Assembly: GCF_009914755.1 (NCBI RefSeq)
Contig: NC_060930.1
Origin: the human T2T-CHM13v2.0 reference genome, Homo sapiens
Strand: one strand, 5' to 3'
DNA: 64,000 nt
Positions 54,483 through 64,000 of the stretch are shown here, piece after piece. Made by a program: the position numbers and the translations under genes. Each line of letters starts with the position of its first letter. Position 1 is the stretch's first letter. The notes beneath the pieces were generated by a model that was not told the origin of the DNA, did no database searches, and worked only from the letters and a program-made list of their open reading frames with translations.

Positions 54483-55695
54483 TCGCCCTGTTTTGCTTTA
54501 TTTCTGCCTTTCCCTGTAAAGAGCTTTTCTTGGTAAATAAGCAGCTGAGACATCTTGACACCTCCTGCCCTCCAGGTTCCCAGGGGCAGTCTGGGCCCAA
54601 GTTTTCTTTCTTCTAGCTGTTCCCCAGTTTCTCTGCATCATTCCTCCCCACTGCCATGTCTCGATGGCCTTCTTCTGCACAATGGCCTAATTTATGTTTT
54701 TGCATCACCTCTTCCTCCATTCTGACTCATTCTTTACATAAAGCCAGTGTACTCTTAAAAGTAATCTCATCATGTCATTTCTTCCTGCTTAGAATTCCCA
54801 GTGGCTTCACATTGCTGCTAGGGTGCAGTCAGCTCTCTGCACTACTAGCCATAACCTCTGAGCCTGTGAGTCACTGGTCTGTCCCTGCCTTCCTGTCCAC
54901 CTCAGACCCCACCTTCATGAACACTCTCTTGAGCTCTCTGTACACAAGCTGCTCAGGCCTTCTCTCAGGTGTCTGGAAGTGTTCTGCTCTTTAATCTCCC
55001 TGGAATGCTGGAATCACATTTTTGTCCAACTAGGCCTTTAGTTTTCAGTTTAAACATCACTTCCTGGGAGAAGTCTTCTCTAATCCCCTGGAAGAGGTCA
55101 TCTCCCTTTATAATCCATGCTCTTGAAGATAGAGGGCAGGGTGTGATTTACAGTGTGCGATTTACAGTGTGCATTATTTTGTCTCACCTTACTTTTCTCT
55201 ATGTTCCCTTTATCTTGATTTAAATTAACATTTTTCACTTTATCTTATAGTATAGTTGTGTAAATAACCTCGAATCTGTTTTTCAATAGTAGCATAAATA
55301 AATGCACGATCAGAAATGTACATGACAACCATTGTGCTAGACCTAGCCTTTGAGGGATTTCTGCTGTGAGATTAAAGTGGTCAAGAGATTAACAAACTTG
55401 TCTAAAGTGGCACAAGCAAAATGGTTAAAATACAGTATTCTAAATGATCCACTTTACAATAAGAATAATTGTGATAACACCTAATTTTCATGGAAATGTC
55501 ACCAAGCGTTTGCTTACATTATCTCGTTTAATTTGCAAAGTAAGGTCATGAGATTTTGCTTGTTTTTCCTCAACATTTTGTAACCTGAACGTTTTCTCAA
55601 GAGCATGTGTTACAGTGACTGTTTAAACAGTGTAATTTGTCGTTTAACGGCTGCTTTTCACTTGTAAAATATGAACGCCCCAAGGGCTGAGGTAG

Positions 55696-57127
55696 TGTGT
55701 CCGGAATTGGTGGGTTCTTGATCTCACTGACTTCAAGAATGAAGCCACGGGCCCTCGCGGTGAGTGTTACAGCTCTTAACGTGACGTGTCTGGAGTTTGT
55801 TCCTTCTGATGTTCCCATGTGTTAGGAGTATTCTTCTTTCTGGTGGGTTCGTGGTCTCGCTAACCCAGAAGTGAAACTGCAGACCTTCGGAAAGAGTATT
55901 ACAGCTCTTAAGACAGCACGTCTGGAATTGTTCGCTCTTCCTGCTGGGCTTGCGCTTTCGCTGACTTCAGGAAAAAAGCTGCAGACCTTCACGGTGAGTC
56001 TTACAGCTCATAAAAGCAATGTGGACCCAAACAGTAACCAGTCGCAAAATTTATTGCAAAGAGCAAAAAAAAAAAACGACACTCCACAATATGGAAGAAG
56101 AGCCGAGCGGGTTGTGGATGCTGGCTCCGGCAGCCTGCTTTTATTCTCTTAGCTGGCCCCACCCACATCCTGCTGATTGGTAGAGCCGAGTGGCCTGTTT
56201 TGACAGGGTGCTGATTGGTGCATTTACAATCCCTGAGCTAGATACAAAGGTTCTCCACGTCCCCACCAGATTAGTTAGATACAGAGTTTTGACACACAGG
56301 TTCTCCACGGCCCCACCAGAGCCGCTAGATACAGTGTCGATTGGTGCACTCACAAACCCTGAGCTAGACACAGGGTGCTGATTGGTGTGTTTACAAACCT
56401 TGGGCTAGATACAGAGTGCCGATATGTGTATTTACAATCCCTGAGCTAGACATAAAGATTCTCCACGTCCCCACCAGACTCAGGATCCCAGCTGGCTTCA
56501 CCCAGTGGATCCCGCACCGGGGTTGCAGGTGGAGTTGCCTGCCAACCCCACGCCATGCGCTCGCACTCCTCATCCCTTGGGTGGTCGATGGGACTGGGTG
56601 CCGTGGAGCAGGGGGCGGCGCTCGTCGGGGAGGCTCGGGCTGCACAGGAACCCACGGAGGCGGGGGAAGGCTCAGGCATGGCAGGCTGCAGTCCCGAAGC
56701 CTGCCCCGCGGGAAGGCAACTAAGGCCCGGCGAGAAATCGAGCGCAGCGCCGGTGGGCTGGCACCTCTGGGGGATCCAGTACACCCTCTGCAGTCGCTGG
56801 CCCGGGTGCTAAGTCCCTTATTGCCCGGGGCCGGCAGGGCCTGCCGGCTGCTCCGAGTGCGAGGCCCGCCAAGCCCACGCCCACCCGGAACTCCAGCTGG
56901 CCCGCAAGCGCCGCATGCAGCCCCGGTTCCCGCTCGCGCCTCTCTCTCCACACCTCCCTGCAAGCTGAGGGAGTGGGCTCCGGCCTTGGCCAGCCCAGAA
57001 AGGGGCTCCCACAGTGCAGTGGTGGGCTGAAGGGCTCCTCAAGTGCCGCCAAAGTAGGAGCCCAGGCAGAGGAGGCGCCCAGAGCAAGCGAGGGCTGTGA
57101 GGACTGCCAGCACGCTGTCACCTCTCA
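55696..57127 (-). mobile_element. Solo LTR12 (ERV9; LTR12C-like)
   Basis: Minus strand begins TGAGAGGTGACAGCGTGCTGGC and ends CCAATTCCGGACACA. 4-bp TSD GTAG at 55692-55695 and 57128-57131; tandem CCAAT repeats. Confidence 0.95.
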
Positions 57128-57799
57128 GTAGTACTTCTCCACTGCAGGAAACCCGGGGCAAAGCTGAGAGCCTTGCTCAAAATAAGTTCTCAAAACCTAT
57201 TTTTTTTTTTTCTGGAGTCTCACTCTGTCACCAGGTTGAAGTGCAGAGGCAAGATCTCGGCTCCCTGCAACCTTCGCCTCCCGGGTTGAAGCGATTCCCT
57301 TGCCTCAGCCTCCCGAGTAGCTGGGACTACAGGCGTGCGCCACCACGCCCGGCTAATTTTTTTGTATTTTAGTAGAGACGAGGTTTCACCATGTTGGCCA
57401 GGATGGTCTAGATTTCCTGACCTTGTGATCGCCCGCCTCGGCCTCCCAAAGTGCTGAGATTACAGGCGTGAGCCACCGCGCCCGTGTGCCAGGTGTTCTT
57501 AAGGTCGCAGGGAAGACTGGAGCATAACCTTTGAAGACTAAAGACAAGACAAACCCGGCGATTACGTCTGTAGTTATACATTGCTTTTACAAGTAATTGT
57601 TTGGAGTACATTACACAAAGATGGGAGTTAATTTTTTCCATGAGTTGGGGACAAAAATAACTGTGAGCCATATTCAAAGTGGGCAAAAGCATAGATGGGA
57701 ATAAAGAAAAGGAACATGGATAGGATTTAAGTTGGACGATATCAAGTTTCTGCACCTTTTTACTCACTAGAATGTGCAGGAAGAAGGCTTTTGCAGGGA

Positions 57800-57872
57800 G
57801 CCCGGATAGCTCAGTCGGTAGAGCATCAGACTTTTAATCTGAGGGTCCAGGGTTCAAGTCCCTGTTCGGGCG
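57800..57872 (+). tRNA. tRNA-Lys(TTT), tRNA-Lys3 sequence
   Basis: GCCCGGATAGCTCAGTCGGTAGAGCATCAGACTTTTAATCTGAGGGTCCAGGGTTCAAGTCCCTGTTCGGGCG; TTTT terminator downstream. Confidence 0.98.
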
Positions 57873-58340
57873 GGAGTGGTGGCTTTTAGTACCTGATTCT
57901 GGTATCATGTTTGAAAAAGCCAAAAAGGACACTATCGTTTTATAGGGACAGATTTCATATACTGCAAAAATTCACCAAACCCTGTAGAACCCCAAATTTT
58001 AAACCACGAATAGGCGAGTAACTCTGATGCCAAATAAAAGTAGTAAGGTGAATACATGGGCCCTCTACAGTGAGATAGCCCCAGATTTTCTGAAGAAAAC
58101 TAACATTTAAGGACAACCTTAGAATACGAAGTATTTAATATTTTATGATTCCTGTTACTCTGCTTACAGGTGCCAAAGTAATCTTCTGTTGTTACTTGCT
58201 TTCCAGTGCAGAGTTTATTTTACGTAGGAGGGAATATACTGATCAATTATCAAGAAAGTTATAATATGTTCATATTCTGGCTTGGCATATTTCTGGCATT
58301 TAGTTACCGTGAGTCAGCCCTGCAAGTCTTAAAAACTCTA

Positions 58341-59082
<742 letters not shown>

Positions 59083-60035
59083 TTAGGCTTCTCCCAAATC
59101 TTTAACAGCATTTCCTTAACTGTGGTAGATGCAGGCTCCTGGAACCAGAGGCCTAGGGTCCAGACGAAATTGTTAAGATGTTCCCTATAAAACGCTTCCT
59201 TAAGTCGGCAACAGAATGAACTGTTAAGAGAGCTGTCCTGAAATACAGACCCCTGAGGTCCAGACATGTTGGAGGAGAGCCCTCTCTTTTTGCAGCACGG
59301 ACTGGGCCAGAGAGGTATAGCCTGCAAGATGAATTTCAGTATGTGTAACTGCTGGGGTGATGATTGCAAGTAATCTAAGTTTGAGATGTTGATTGTGTGG
59401 AATAAGATAGTGACAAGAAGCATGGAAAGAAAACCATAACATTTAATATGCAAATTAAATGATTGATTTGAGAAATACTTGTTTATCAGATACCGTGCTA
59501 GGCACTGAAAATATAGAACTGGATAAAACAAATTCAGTCTCTAACGGAATTTACAGTCTAGGAGGATGGGTGGGCAACAGACAATAAAAACGTTAAAAAA
59601 TAAAAGAACAAGGAAACTTTATATAGTAAAAAATTCTATGAAGAAAATAAAACAGCTTGAGGTTGATGTGATGGGAGGTTGGTGAGTGAAAGAAGGGATG
59701 GTGTGTTGGTTTCCTAGGGCTGCCACAACAAATTGAATATCAGGTTTTCATCTGTCTATTCATTTTTTCAATAAATTAAGTTGCACCAGTAGAAGGATAC
59801 TGTCCCACGAGGGAATTGAGGTCAGAAGAACTCGGAGAAAACAGCAAGCCCACTGGAAAGAGATGATACTCATAAGAAGAACTAAAAGAGATTTACTAGA
59901 ACTTGATAAGCCGTCGGGACAAAGAGAGCTGAGACTTCGTCTGTCTGACAACATATGCCGGGCCCGGCAATTATAGAGATAATTGTATACTGAACAAATA
60001 GGGTTATTTGTGGAAGTTGGGGACAAAATGGCAGC

Positions 60036-60108
60036 TGCCCCCTCTGAGGTTCGATCTCAGGACCTTCAGATTATGAGACTGACGCGCTGCCTACTGCGCT
60101 AAGGAGGC
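60036..60108 (-). tRNA. tRNA-Met(CAT), elongator, with T54A substitution
   Basis: 72/73 identical to the 51355-51427 copy; T-loop reads ATCGAAC instead of TTCGAAC (window position 60055). Confidence 0.96.
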
Positions 60109-60577
60109 AGACAACTAGTGCTCCTCAGCAGGTGTTTTCAACACTGATTTTTACCTTATTTAAACATTTTTGTCTACATTACCTTTATTTTAAATTTCTA
60201 AAATAAAATATTCTTATGAAACTTCTCAAAGCTCACCAGCTTCCAAAACCTGAATCAGATGAAGAAAGTCGCTGCTGATCCCGCTGCTTTTGCCCCTCTT
60301 ATTCTGAACTGATGACCCCCCACTTCTCACCTTAGGTGGAAAATTTCCAAAACGTCCTGTCCAGAAACCTGACAATTAACCTGCACGGGCGTCCATCCAT
60401 TTTGTCTGGAGAGATCAGGAAAACGGCCTGTTTTTCTCTCTCCCTCCATACCGGTTCTTTCCCGCAGGAAAAGTGATCCGGTGTTTCCCATCCGGAAGCA
60501 TTGAAGCGTTTACTATCTTAAACAACAAAACAATGTCCTTTGACAGGCGTCTCCACCTGTCGCTATCTCATGTGCTC

Positions 60578-60662
60578 AAACGTCTTGTAAGGCCGTCTTA
60601 ATGTACAGCAAACTTCTTGTAAGGCCGTCTTAATGTACAGCAAACTCCTTGTAAGGCCGTCT
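60578..60662 (+). repeat. 32-bp tandem repeat x~2.5
   Basis: CTTGTAAGGCCGTCT recurs at 60584, 60616 and 60648. Confidence 0.9.
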
Positions 60663-60859
60663 GTTTTAAAAAAATACCTCCCTAAGTCCCACTGGCTTTT
60701 CAACCCACTGCAGTCTTCCCCAATCACGTCTCCGTCTCGGTCTTGAGGAAGTCCAAAGGGATTTGGACAAATGCAACTTCATGGGGTAAAGAATATGGCG
60801 CTCTTGGTGCAAACTCTTGGGCATCTGCTAGGATGTGAGAACGGTAGTAATAGCAGGAA

Positions 60860-64000
<3,141 letters not shown>

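Noticed and set aside
56391-57121. Overlapping 130-204 aa ORFs
   Set aside because: They lie within the GC-rich U3 of LTR12; stop-poor by composition.
60578-60662. Possible CRISPR-like array
   Set aside because: Head-to-tail tandem copies with no unique spacers, no cas genes, and a mammalian context.

Overview
Primate, almost certainly human, DNA from the extended MHC class I region (6p22.1). The locus is identified from a complete minus-strand TRIM27 (RFP) gene. I rebuilt all 8 coding exons from GT-AG junctions: 420+96+231+23+116+33+27+596 = 1542 nt, giving 513 aa with RING, B-box, coiled-coil and PRY-SPRY domains. The window also holds 7 intact tRNA genes: two intron-containing Leu-CAA, Gln-CTG, Leu-AAG, two elongator Met-CAT and Lys-TTT. 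Other features are two small two-exon Pol II units placed head-to-head with tRNA-Leu genes (HCG14-like and LINC01556-like, the latter with a spliced 62-aa ORF), a U6 pseudogene fused to an L1 3' end, a solo LTR12 with a 4-bp TSD, several older LTRs, a decayed hAT/Blackjack transposase and about 60 Alus. I see no evidence of a wholly new multi-gene system. The most unusual observations are an initiator-like A54 in one elongator tRNA-Met copy, the repeated tRNA-Leu/lncRNA head-to-head layout, the CpG-retaining Blackjack fossil and the U6/L1 chimera. Gene and repeat-family names come from recognition, not from a database search, and repeat boundaries are approximate unless a TSD is stated.
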